A stretch of DNA of 64,000 nt from a virus (lineage: Duplodnaviria > Caudoviricetes). The stretch spans positions 686 to 64,685 of IMG/VR virus record IMGVR_UViG_3300042973_000027; one strand, written 5' to 3'. This document shows positions 46,722 through 56,389 of the stretch, one piece after another. A program made the translations under genes and the position numbers. Below the pieces are notes generated by a model. It was not told the origin of the DNA. It saw nothing but the letters and a program-made list of their open reading frames with translations, and made no database searches. Each line of letters begins with the position of its first letter. Within the stretch, counting starts at the first letter, position 1.

Positions 46722-48305
46722 ATGGTACCCGTTATTGACCTGTTCGCAGGTCCTGGTGGCCTTGGTGAAGGCTTTTCCTCGCTCACCGACAATAAGGGCA
46801 ATCCGATATTTCAAACGATTATGTCGGTTGAGAAGGATGAACAGGCGCACCGGACCTTACGTTTGAGGTCATTCTTCCGGAAGATTTATAGGGCCAATGG
46901 AAATACGATTCCTCGTGCGTATTTGCACTACATGGAACATCATGATGGGGAGTTTCTAGAGGATCTCAAGAATCGTTACCCGGAGGAATGGGAAGCCGCT
47001 GACGAAGAAGCGCTGTGCGCAACGCTTAAAGACGATGACGACACTCTTGTAAAAATCGGTGCCGAGCGCCTCAAGCGGTTTGGCTCAGGACAGATTGGGG
47101 AGTGGGTCCTAATCGGTGGCCCACCCTGCCAAGCATACTCTTTGGTCGGACGCTCGCGGCGGGCTCATGACAAGAAGAAACTAGAAGAGGATCCAAAGCA
47201 AACTCTCTACAAGTGCTACTTGGCGTTCATAACAGCATTGCAACCAACCGCGTTCGTCATGGAGAACGTCAAGGGGCTACTTTCCGCGCATCACAAGGGC
47301 GAAGGCGTTTTTGACCGGATTTGCGCGGACATGCGTGATGCCGGATACGAGATACGCTCGCTCGTCTCGAAGTCACCGGATGACCCTCGCGACTACATCG
47401 TCGAATCCGAGAAGTATGGCATTCCACAAATGCGCCACCGCGTGATACTTCTGGGCGTAAAAGCAGGATGTGAAACAAAGTCCGACATACTAGAGCGGAT
47501 CGAGCAGGTGACGCTGCGGAAAGCCCTCGCGGGAATACCCGCGATACGCAGCGGTTTTTCCGAGAGGAATAAAGGTTGGCGCGAGAAAGACTGGAACGCC
47601 TACATCAATTCAGCCATAGACGGCATCTTGGAAACAGGCGAGGGCAAAGAGCTGAAAGCGATACTTCTGCGGGTGCGAAGAGGAAAGCCGCAGAGGCTTA
47701 CCAAGAAGACGAAAATCGAAAAGGCCGAGAACCCCTACGAAAAGTGGTATAGGGGCCGCATGGGTGTTCACACAGTGCTTGCGAACCACGAATCTCGCAC
47801 GCATCTAGCGGCTGATCTCGATAGATACGTCTTTTGCGCCGCCTACGCAGAGCTTCATGGCTTCCCGGCAAGGATTTCTGAGTTCCCCCGCAAGCTATAT
47901 CCGAAGCACAAGAACGTGCTCGAGGTGCAGAAAGGCGAGGAAATCGAGTTCGACGACCGTTTTCGTGTGCAATTATGGGACAAGCCTGCGACCACGGTAA
48001 CGTCGCATATCGCAAAGGACGGTCACTATTACATTCACCCCGATCCTGCACAGTGCAGAAGCCTGACAGTCAGGGAGGCTGCAAGATTGCAGACGTTCCC
48101 CGACGATTACCTCTTCGAGGGGAACAGAACCTCGCAGTACACACAGGTCGGTAATGCTGTTCCACCGTTGCTCGCCCAGCAGATAGGCAAAGTGGTAGCC
48201 AAGTTCCTAGGTGTCGAGGGCGAAGGCTTTTGCGATTCTCTTACCCGTGTGGCCTGCGACGACGAGATTTCAGACGATATGGACAGCCGCCCTTCTGAAG
48301 CCTAG
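46722..48305 (+). CDS. dcm: C5 cytosine DNA methyltransferase
   Basis: DLFAGPGG, GGPPCQ, MENVKG, RHRVI, TVREAARLQ, VGNAVPP. Confidence 0.95.
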   Translation: MVPVIDLFAGPGGLGEGFSSLTDNKGNPIFQTIMSVEKDEQAHRTLRLRSFFRKIYRANGNTIPRAYLHYMEHHDGEFLEDLKNRYPEEWEAADEEALCATLKDDDDTLVKIGAERLKRFGSGQIGEWVLIGGPPCQAYSLVGRSRRAHDKKKLEEDPKQTLYKCYLAFITALQPTAFVMENVKGLLSAHHKGEGVFDRICADMRDAGYEIRSLVSKSPDDPRDYIVESEKYGIPQMRHRVILLGVKAGCETKSDILERIEQVTLRKALAGIPAIRSGFSERNKGWREKDWNAYINSAIDGILETGEGKELKAILLRVRRGKPQRLTKKTKIEKAENPYEKWYRGRMGVHTVLANHESRTHLAADLDRYVFCAAYAELHGFPARISEFPRKLYPKHKNVLEVQKGEEIEFDDRFRVQLWDKPATTVTSHIAKDGHYYIHPDPAQCRSLTVREAARLQTFPDDYLFEGNRTSQYTQVGNAVPPLLAQQIGKVVAKFLGVEGEGFCDSLTRVACDDEISDDMDSRPSEA

Positions 48306-50355
48306 CCATCAAATCAACGAGGACGATTGACTGCTTGTCGGAGGGAAGCTTGGCAGGTATCGATGCCGCATACTGCAAGATGCCGAGCTCCTTGTCGGTC
48401 GCCTCGCCCTCCCTCTTGCACCAGGCAAGCACGCTTTGCCAGAACCGGGCACCTGCTTCCACCACGATAGACTGGGCCTCAATGCCATTAAGCTCTTTCT
48501 GCTCGCGTACGCCCTCGCTCTTGATGTCCTTCTCTTCCTCGGCGCTTATTAGCTCAGAAACCCAATCATCATCCCAGTGCACCTGCGCCTGCTTCACGGC
48601 GCTCCAGCACTTCGGCTGCTTTGCCCATTCGGAGATGTTACGGTAGCCCTCGCCGGGGTGCATGAGCACTTCATGTGCGGCGTCGGCCGCTTGCCCAAGG
48701 GCTCGCTCAAAAGCCGGGGTGACACCTTGACGGTTCCAGATTGACAGGAAGTCAATGGATTTGCCCATGCCCCTCGCAGCGGCCCCAAGAGCACCAACTG
48801 CTAGGACGACATGCTGAGATCGGTAGCCGCCAGCTTCGTACCAGTCGCGCGATTGGACAATCTTGCCCGCCAAATCAAACACGATCTTCTTTGCAACCAG
48901 GTATTTGAAGTAGACCTCACTGAATTGTCGGTCGTTCTTCTCCCACGCATCGGCAATGTCCTTGGCAAACTCGGCGAAGTTCTTCTGTGCACCCCTGTTG
49001 ACCATGTAGGCCCTGTCGGTCCAAACCATGATGTACTTGGCCAGATCGGTCTTCGTAAAGGTTTGCGACTTGGGGTACTCCTTTCCGAACTTGCGTTTCG
49101 CCGCAGGTGTCAGATATGCCTGAGCGTCACGATAGGAGCCACGTGCGCGCTCGTAGAACCATTTCGTGAGATCGAAGCTGTCATCCCTAGCAGGGGCTAG
49201 TATGCGCCTAGAGAACTCTTCCATCCGCACGTGGAACGGATGATTTGCGAAGAAGTCTGCCGCCGATACCTTGTTCTGGCTGTTAGCATACTCGGATATG
49301 CGCGGCACGAGCTCTTTAGCGGCCTGCGGGCTGACAACGCTCAGCTTCATTTGGACGTACACGCGACTGAGATCCCGCTTCGCCTTAAACGCCGCATAGA
49401 CCGATGCAGTCGTCTGACCGCCATTGACTATCTGCAGATTCTCAAGCCCGGTAATCACCAACCCGTCATCGGTGGTTTCGGTGGTAACCGCCTCCGCCGT
49501 TGCGGTGATTCCGTTGTTGAACGAGAAGAACAGCCCGGGCTCGTTTTCGAGCGTCCTCTTGATGCCCTTGTTGACGTTGCTGCGAGCCTGCAGGAACACA
49601 CGAACGTTCTGCTCCAAAAGCCTCGTTCCCCAGCGGTCGTAGATGTATGCGAGGTCCAAGCCAGGAACGGCGGCCAGATACACCTGGTTCTTGTCGTCTG
49701 GCCTGCTGGCCAAAAGCGCCCTAAGGGCGCCGCCGGGCAGTTCGTCGAAGTCGATGTTGAGTGTTTCACGCTCCCGCCCAGAGGACACCAAGTTGCCAAA
49801 ACGGGTAATGTCCCAGACGTTGTATACGATCTCACGACCGTCGATCGCGGTCGCCTTCTTGCCCTCGACCCTCGTGCTCAGCCTCCTGTTGGTGAGGAGA
49901 TAGAGCTTTACACGCGATATCTTTTCCCATCGCGTGCTGATTAGGTCCGCCAGACCATAGCCCGGATCCGTTGGCTCGAGGGAATCGCGGAACCGAGCCT
50001 CGAGAGAACGCGTGAGGAATTTCTCGAGCCTCCGGAAGTCCGCCTCCATATCGGTGTTGGTAAGCGTGGCGAGTTCCGTGTCTTGGTTGAAGTCCAAAGC
50101 GATGAGGCCAAGGGTGCCCTGCCCTGAATCCTGTGTGACAGCGGATTCGAGTGGGTCACCGCAATAGCCATCCACCCTGATTCCGCCTTGCGCCGGCCGG
50201 TAGAAAGCCCGCTCGGCCTCGTCGAACTCCCCGGCATTGATGAGGTAGTCAGTCACGATGTCAAAGAAGGCGTCTTCGCGGTAGACTCCATAGGTGTCCG
50301 CCGTCGTCTTGATGTCCTGGAATAACTCCTCGTAGAATTCTTCGGGCGCTGGCAT
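48241..50355 (-). CDS. AIPR family protein (MzaE-like)
   Basis: LLEQNVRVFLQ, FFSFNNGIT, LQIVNGGQTT, YANSQN, WFYERARG. Confidence 0.92.
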   Translation of the reverse strand: MPAPEEFYEELFQDIKTTADTYGVYREDAFFDIVTDYLINAGEFDEAERAFYRPAQGGIRVDGYCGDPLESAVTQDSGQGTLGLIALDFNQDTELATLTNTDMEADFRRLEKFLTRSLEARFRDSLEPTDPGYGLADLISTRWEKISRVKLYLLTNRRLSTRVEGKKATAIDGREIVYNVWDITRFGNLVSSGRERETLNIDFDELPGGALRALLASRPDDKNQVYLAAVPGLDLAYIYDRWGTRLLEQNVRVFLQARSNVNKGIKRTLENEPGLFFSFNNGITATAEAVTTETTDDGLVITGLENLQIVNGGQTTASVYAAFKAKRDLSRVYVQMKLSVVSPQAAKELVPRISEYANSQNKVSAADFFANHPFHVRMEEFSRRILAPARDDSFDLTKWFYERARGSYRDAQAYLTPAAKRKFGKEYPKSQTFTKTDLAKYIMVWTDRAYMVNRGAQKNFAEFAKDIADAWEKNDRQFSEVYFKYLVAKKIVFDLAGKIVQSRDWYEAGGYRSQHVVLAVGALGAAARGMGKSIDFLSIWNRQGVTPAFERALGQAADAAHEVLMHPGEGYRNISEWAKQPKCWSAVKQAQVHWDDDWVSELISAEEEKDIKSEGVREQKELNGIEAQSIVVEAGARFWQSVLAWCKREGEATDKELGILQYAASIPAKLPSDKQSIVLVDLMARLQKGGCPYRLKSRRRRPHG

Positions 50356-50358
50356 AAC

Positions 50359-51339
50359 CTACTCCATGGTCTCGATCACCGTCGTTCTGTCAACTTGGTA
50401 GTCATCGCAGTAGTCGAGGTCGATCTGGTACGCAACCCGGCTCACTCCGGGCTTGCATGACTGCGAGTCGATTTTGGGAAAGTCGCCGATTACGGCATAG
50501 TAGTACTCGGAACCCTCGCTCCACTTTGTATCCGAATAATCGTCCTCGTCGAAATAGCCAACGTTGGCAAGCTTGCTATCGAGGGTGGCGCGCTGCAATG
50601 GCGACTGGATGGCACCCCTAGTCTCGTTGACGACGTCAGACACAGTGAAGCCATCATCATCGTCAACGGGGGCGTTGTTCAACTCAACAACGTAGAGGAA
50701 CAGGTGCTCGGAAGGGTTGACGTTGAGCTGTTCCTCTGACGATATGACGATATTCGGATTCGCCGAGCTGCGCTTGGATTTGACCTCGACAAAAACCTGC
50801 CCATAAGCAAAATCCCTGGGACCAGCGTCGGGGCCCGTCCAACCCCGCAGGGCGTCGCCTTCGTTGTGCACGGTTAAGGCGTCGCGTTGGAGAAAATGAA
50901 GTTCCGCAATCAGCCCCTTCTGTGCTTCAGGAGACAATCTTGAACGAGAGGGGCGGAGAAAGGAGCTCCAACGCTCCAGCCTAAGAACACAGGCCTTCCT
51001 GCACGCCTTCTCGCCTATATCCTGCAGGGCGAACACGATATCGGTACATACTTTCAAGAAAATATCTCGCATGTCGAGATCTATCAACTCGATGACCAGG
51101 CTACTTTCGTCATGGTGATCAGCAACATTGATGTTTTTGAATGTCGGCAAGCCGATCGGCTTCCACGGCTTGCATTCGTATTCCACAAGCAATGCAGGTC
51201 TGCCAGTCCAGCTACGCGCCCAGTAAACCGGCCTGTGCTTCGGATTGTCAGTCCCCGATACTCGTCTGGCGATGTAATCGCCTAGGGTAGTTGGGACGGA
51301 CAGGTCATCCCAGGGAAAGCTAGTCGTCTTCGTAGTCAT
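50359..51339 (-). CDS. PD-(D/E)XK protein, DUF4420 (MzaD-like)
   Basis: QKGLIAELHFL, WTGP...RDF...VEVKS, ISSEEQL. Confidence 0.87.
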   Translation of the reverse strand: MTTKTTSFPWDDLSVPTTLGDYIARRVSGTDNPKHRPVYWARSWTGRPALLVEYECKPWKPIGLPTFKNINVADHHDESSLVIELIDLDMRDIFLKVCTDIVFALQDIGEKACRKACVLRLERWSSFLRPSRSRLSPEAQKGLIAELHFLQRDALTVHNEGDALRGWTGPDAGPRDFAYGQVFVEVKSKRSSANPNIVISSEEQLNVNPSEHLFLYVVELNNAPVDDDDGFTVSDVVNETRGAIQSPLQRATLDSKLANVGYFDEDDYSDTKWSEGSEYYYAVIGDFPKIDSQSCKPGVSRVAYQIDLDYCDDYQVDRTTVIETME

Positions 51340-54115
51340 CGTCGCTGTCCTCTTCGTAGTCTGCAGTTATGTTGTCGATTGCGACTTGATTGAAGACGTA
51401 CTCAACGGGCTTTGTCTGCTTGGGCGTAAACGGGAAGCTGATGCTCCAGCCATAGGCTTCTTCTGCATGATCCCACGAATCCCAGCTGCCGGCCTCCGGC
51501 TTCATTACGCCCTTTTCCTCACGCCGCTTCTTCTGAGATTCCGAGTACTTCATCAGAACAGGGTGGATTACGAGAAGCGGGTATGTTCGCCTGCGACGGT
51601 AGTACCTGTCGGAGATGTTGGCCTTGTCCTTGTCGTCTTTGGTGGCTTTCTCCGGGTGGTCCGCGAAGAAGTCATCCTCAGCAAGACTTCGCTGTTTTGG
51701 TTCGAGCCCCATAGCCTCTACGCCACGGCTCGCGAGGCGATGCTTTTCGCCAACGACTAGGCACTCCGATGAGGTGCTGCTGCCAGGGTAGCGGATCTCC
51801 CTTTTAGCAGCCACGCCTAGCGCAAGCTCGACTTTGTCGCCGTCGCCCCCTGCCACATAGATGTCCCATTCCTGAAGCTCGCCATCCATCATTCGATCGT
51901 CTATGTAGTTAAGGACGGGCTTGCATTGCGACTTCGGAGAGCGCGCGTCCTCGTTGATGTAATCTTTGACGAATTGAATCACAGACGCAGCAGGTACGTG
52001 CCTGTAAAAATAACCATCGTCCTTACGTTCGACCTTATACTGAGCCAGACCGGCAAGCAAATTGCGAACAGCCTTCTCGTTCTCCTCTATTACGGATCGT
52101 CTGCGGTCGAAAGCGATGGTCTCGACAAACCCGTTGTTGAGGTCTATCGGAGCAGGCAGCTTCGTTCCCGTCCCCATTTTGTTCCTAGCTGTAACGATGA
52201 GGGAGTCAGGGCTCTGCCTGATTTTCAAACCGTAGTTCCTAGGCGTGCGCTGGACTTGGCGCATGTTCCTGAGTTCGTCGAATAGGTCGGCCGTGGAATC
52301 TGCGACGAACTTGTACCATCCGGCTGCCTTCTCGGACATCCAAACGCGACACAGCTCTTCGTATCCCGGGCGATAGCCGAACCATCGTGCCATCTGCATA
52401 AGCGCATCGTATGCCTTCGCGTTGCGCGAATAGTAGGACACAACGAGCCCTTCGAGGGTCAGCCCACGAGAGAGACGGTAGCCGCCTACCGCGATGACGT
52501 GCTCTGTGTGCTTCTCGTATTCCAAGCTCTCGGTCGAATCGGTATTGATGCTCACGACATGAACTAGCTTGGTGGCTGCGTAGAGCCCGGCTTGGATCTG
52601 ATCCCAGTCGAACTCCGTCAGGTGCGAATACTCGCTCAGCCACGTGCCATGCATGAACTGCAGATTCTCAGAAAGGTCTAGAGCAGTTTCTGAAGGGAAT
52701 GCGGAGTAGGCCTTCATGCTCTCCCGAAGTCGCTTTATGTAGTCTTGTATCTCCCATGCCACCGACTTCTGGGGCTGCTTATAAGGCGAGACGTTAACCA
52801 TCATCGTTGAGTGCTCGTCGCCATCGCCGCGAAGATATCGAATCGTTGTCGCAAGCATGAAAGTTCGAATTGCTTCCTTCAGCGACTCGGGTATTGCATC
52901 GACTTGGTAGTAGCTCTTGTGCTTTGGCGGAAGAATCAAATCGATGTCGTCGATAAATCGCAGAAAACGTGGGTTAGCTTCATCGAAATCGGAGAACACC
53001 TTCTCAGCGCCGAAGTAGTCGTTTGATTCCTCAAGCGTATAGATGAAGCTGCTCGGGAACAGGTCCTTGCCGAAGTTGTCAGTGTCAATTTCGGGGTCGA
53101 TTAGGATGTTCGCATAGGGCGTGGCGGTGTAGCCGACGTAGCACTTCCGCGTAAAGTAGTTGAGAATGTTCCTGATTTGCCCATTGATTCGCGTGGGCTC
53201 GTCCTCACGGCGGTCGCGCCGGTACTTGCCGTTGATGGAAGCGTTGTCCGCCTCGTCGTCGATGAGCAGCAGCTGGTCATTGGGATTGGCATTGTCGCGC
53301 AGCCATTCGAATACTTGCTTGAGCGAGTTGCTGTTCTTCTTGATTACGAAAAGCCAGGACTCGTTCGTGTGCGCGGTCTGTATGCCCTTCAGAGCGTTCG
53401 CGCGTTTCTTGTTGAAGTCCGCCTCACGAGAAGTGCAGGCAATGGGTCTTCGCGACCCGTTGGCCAAGCCGACCCCAACCGCCTCGATACTCTGCTGTTC
53501 GACGATATTGAAGCCGGTGAAGCCGTCCTCCAGTCGCGCTTGCGTCTGATTGCGCAGAACATTGTGAACGCCGGCCATGACGATTATGATTTTGTAGCCG
53601 GCATCGGCTGCACGACAGATTAGCCCGATGTAGTTTGCTGTCTTGCCCGACTGGACTGAGGCAACAACAAGCCCCCTTCGCTCAAAGCCGGCCTCGACAG
53701 TGGGATTTGCCATCAAGTCTAAGACGTTCCACGTATCACGCTCTATTGTCCGGACAGTGCTGCGCGCCCATTTCTTCTCGTACATGAGGTAGTTCTTATA
53801 GCGTGTCCAGTAGAACCAACCGTTCTGGTCCTCAATGCCCTCTTCTGCCTCGTTAAGCCACGGCTTGATGTCATCGTCCTTGTATGCGAAACCAAATCGC
53901 TTTGTAACGAAAAGTTCGGAACAGTACTGCTCGACCAATTCCTTAATCGTGTTATCTCGGTCGCCAGCCATCTGCGGGTACATGGGAGCAAATACGTCAT
54001 ACATCTGCTCGTACCACGCTCGGACCTCAGACTCCTCAGGGATGTCCTCAATTCCAGCAAAATGTCGCCGCACGGAGTTGTCGACCTGCTCGATGAACTC
54101 GTTCTTCTTCGGCAT
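51320..54115 (-). CDS. Z1-domain SF2-associated protein (MzaC-like)
   Basis: VQSGKTANY, IDDEADNAS, YVGYTATPYAN, SRGLTLEGL, QMARWFGYR; TAATG-coupled start. Confidence 0.92.
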   Translation of the reverse strand: MPKKNEFIEQVDNSVRRHFAGIEDIPEESEVRAWYEQMYDVFAPMYPQMAGDRDNTIKELVEQYCSELFVTKRFGFAYKDDDIKPWLNEAEEGIEDQNGWFYWTRYKNYLMYEKKWARSTVRTIERDTWNVLDLMANPTVEAGFERRGLVVASVQSGKTANYIGLICRAADAGYKIIIVMAGVHNVLRNQTQARLEDGFTGFNIVEQQSIEAVGVGLANGSRRPIACTSREADFNKKRANALKGIQTAHTNESWLFVIKKNSNSLKQVFEWLRDNANPNDQLLLIDDEADNASINGKYRRDRREDEPTRINGQIRNILNYFTRKCYVGYTATPYANILIDPEIDTDNFGKDLFPSSFIYTLEESNDYFGAEKVFSDFDEANPRFLRFIDDIDLILPPKHKSYYQVDAIPESLKEAIRTFMLATTIRYLRGDGDEHSTMMVNVSPYKQPQKSVAWEIQDYIKRLRESMKAYSAFPSETALDLSENLQFMHGTWLSEYSHLTEFDWDQIQAGLYAATKLVHVVSINTDSTESLEYEKHTEHVIAVGGYRLSRGLTLEGLVVSYYSRNAKAYDALMQMARWFGYRPGYEELCRVWMSEKAAGWYKFVADSTADLFDELRNMRQVQRTPRNYGLKIRQSPDSLIVTARNKMGTGTKLPAPIDLNNGFVETIAFDRRRSVIEENEKAVRNLLAGLAQYKVERKDDGYFYRHVPAASVIQFVKDYINEDARSPKSQCKPVLNYIDDRMMDGELQEWDIYVAGGDGDKVELALGVAAKREIRYPGSSTSSECLVVGEKHRLASRGVEAMGLEPKQRSLAEDDFFADHPEKATKDDKDKANISDRYYRRRRTYPLLVIHPVLMKYSESQKKRREEKGVMKPEAGSWDSWDHAEEAYGWSISFPFTPKQTKPVEYVFNQVAIDNITADYEEDSDDDYEDD

Positions 54116-55569
54116 TATTGTTCCTCGATTCCGAGAGCGTTCAATGCGTTGGCCCACCGTGACTGGAAGGGTTCTGCGTTGCGCATGATTGACAGGATGG
54201 TGTCTTCGTCACGGCCCGCCTGCTTCAGCGTCGAGAAGAATGTCCGCGTCGCATTGCTGAACTCGTCATCCTTGAGCGTCGCAAAGGTCACGCTCTCTTC
54301 GTTGTTAGCGAAGTCGTAGAACAGCGACTCGGTTGGGAAGGTTGACTCGATGACGGAAAGTGCGGTCTCGAAGCACTGACGGTCTGCATCGTCAAGCGTG
54401 TCTCGCAGATTGGCAATTACGGGATGGTCCCGATTAATCCTGTAAAGCTTCTTTTCGCCAACCTGCTCGACGTTCCACGCGGGATATACGTCAGGGCTGG
54501 TAAGCCTGGTGGCGCGGCGTCGGTAGGCCTTCCGCGAAGGCGCGCCGATGGTCGATATGAGCGCCTTTACGCGTTCCCTGACAACTTCCGGCATTTGGGC
54601 GGAGACTTTCTTGACGTCAATCTTCCAAACCTCGTCTTGATTGGTGTCGATGTCTATCCTGACCCTTGTCAGTTGCGTCAAGGCGGTCTTCTTGGCAAGT
54701 CCGAACCAAGTCCCGTAAAGAATGAGGCGCTTTGCCCTGTATAGGTAGACACCTTGACTCTTTAGATAGCCGCCGCTCAGACCGAAGTGCTCGTATTCTT
54801 GCTGCGAATCGTAGTGCGACCTGTGAGGCAGCGTAAAAGCCTGCATGGTGACGCCCGGGCAAATCTGCTCCAAAGGAGAAGACTGTGTTGCCCGATGCCT
54901 TGTGTTGAAGGGGTCGATTGGCTCTAGAACGAGGTTGTTGACTCTCAGGCTAATTCTGTTTAGGCCCTTTTCGCCCGCGATGTATCGGTGGAATACGAGG
55001 GACAGATAGTCCTGCGCTTCGCTTATGACTCTCGTATGGTCAACCTTCCCCGAACCGCGAGTGCCAGTCAGTCGGTCGAGCTTCTCCCAGAGGACGAGGG
55101 TCCCAGTCTCTCCAAGTTCGTCGATGAAGGGGATGTCGGCAGGGTCGTTTCGCTCTATGACATTCCACTCATTCTGCTCCGCGACAAGGTCAAGGTCCCA
55201 AGTAAAGGCAGATGTCTCACCATCTTTGCGCGAGACGACGGTTAAGCGCCTGCATTGCGAGAACGATGAGGTTTTCAGGCCGAGTCCAAACCGCCCCAAG
55301 TCATTCAGAGCTCGCTTCTGCCTCGGGTCGGTCGATCCAAGTCGCATTGCTTGTTTGAGATCGCCGTGAGAAAGACCGTCACCGTTATCGACGATTCCGA
55401 TGCGAAATTCATCGGCAGGGATTGCGAGTATCCAAATCTCGTCGGCGTTAGCCGTGATGGAGTTGTCGACGATATCTGCGAGTGCGCTGTTAAATGAGTA
55501 GCCGATATCACGGAGGCTCTCGATGAGAATGCTTGGCTCTGGGTCGAGCCGGATTACCCCCGAATCCAT
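54115..55569 (-). CDS. MORC/MutL-type GHKL ATPase (MzaB-like)
   Basis: LADIVDNSITA, DNGDG, LGRFGLGLKTSS, WEKLDR, GVYLYR. Confidence 0.92.
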   Translation of the reverse strand: MDSGVIRLDPEPSILIESLRDIGYSFNSALADIVDNSITANADEIWILAIPADEFRIGIVDNGDGLSHGDLKQAMRLGSTDPRQKRALNDLGRFGLGLKTSSFSQCRRLTVVSRKDGETSAFTWDLDLVAEQNEWNVIERNDPADIPFIDELGETGTLVLWEKLDRLTGTRGSGKVDHTRVISEAQDYLSLVFHRYIAGEKGLNRISLRVNNLVLEPIDPFNTRHRATQSSPLEQICPGVTMQAFTLPHRSHYDSQQEYEHFGLSGGYLKSQGVYLYRAKRLILYGTWFGLAKKTALTQLTRVRIDIDTNQDEVWKIDVKKVSAQMPEVVRERVKALISTIGAPSRKAYRRRATRLTSPDVYPAWNVEQVGEKKLYRINRDHPVIANLRDTLDDADRQCFETALSVIESTFPTESLFYDFANNEESVTFATLKDDEFSNATRTFFSTLKQAGRDEDTILSIMRNAEPFQSRWANALNALGIEEQ

Positions 55570-55759
55570 GTCCTCACCTTCCGCGCTACATGAAAGCCAA
55601 TCTCATTCCAGCTGTCTGACAACTGCATAATCAGGGCTAAATTCTACCATCGAAGTCATGCAATGAGCGTATAGGTCGGCAATCTGTCGTATGATGCACC
55701 ATAAAGGCCGTTCCGGCCATCTTCTGGCTGACGCAATGCCGTATGCAAGTTGAATTTAT

Positions 55760-56150
55760 CTGTGCCGCCGGTCCCGGCCGCTGGCCTGGTCGAGCGGTGC
55801 GTCGTCGGCGCCCACTCCGGCATCACGGCCACCCGCACTCCGGGTGTGCGCTCGGGGCTCTCGTGCCACCCGGCAGGCATGGCGCATGGAAGGTCATCAT
55901 CACGGCCGCGCAGGCAGCGGCGCCCGTCTTCACCACGGCTGCGCAAGCCGCTTCGCGTCTTGCTCCGCATGGTCGGGTTCAGCCGCGCGCCGCTGCCTGC
56001 GCGGCCTGCTGCGGGTCGTCTGCGTGCGCCATGCCTGCCGGGCGTCACTCCCGCCCATCGGCGCACACCCTCCGCGCGTTCGTCCGTGCTGCCTCCGTGG
56101 CCTCCGCCGCCCCGCACGCCCGGTCCATCGTCCAGGCGCGGGCGGCACAG
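55760..56150. repeat. ~390-bp degenerate palindrome
   Basis: Four perfect stems (10, 10, 18, 20 bp) sharing one axis near 55955. Confidence 0.8.
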
Positions 56151-56389
56151 TGCCCACGTGGCTGTAGGCGGTGTCCGGCTCGGGGCGCCCGGGTAGCGGC
56201 TCAGCCGCAACTACTCCATTGGCGGCGTCTCCGTTGGCCCGTGGCGGCGTGCCAGCGGCCCATACGCGCGCGGGATTAGCCCGCAGCTGGGCAGAGCCGC
56301 GAGAGAGCGCCTGCCGGTCCCAATACGACCAGCACCAGCAAGGCACCCGTCAGGGCGCGGAGGCCGCCGCGCGCTATGCCCACGTGCTT

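Noticed and set aside
46481-55760. Transposon or IS as carrier of the Mza island
   Set aside because: No transposase, recombinase or terminal repeats found
55656-56346. ORFs of 107-184 aa in several frames
   Set aside because: Low-complexity R/A/P sequences without RBS; better explained by the palindrome
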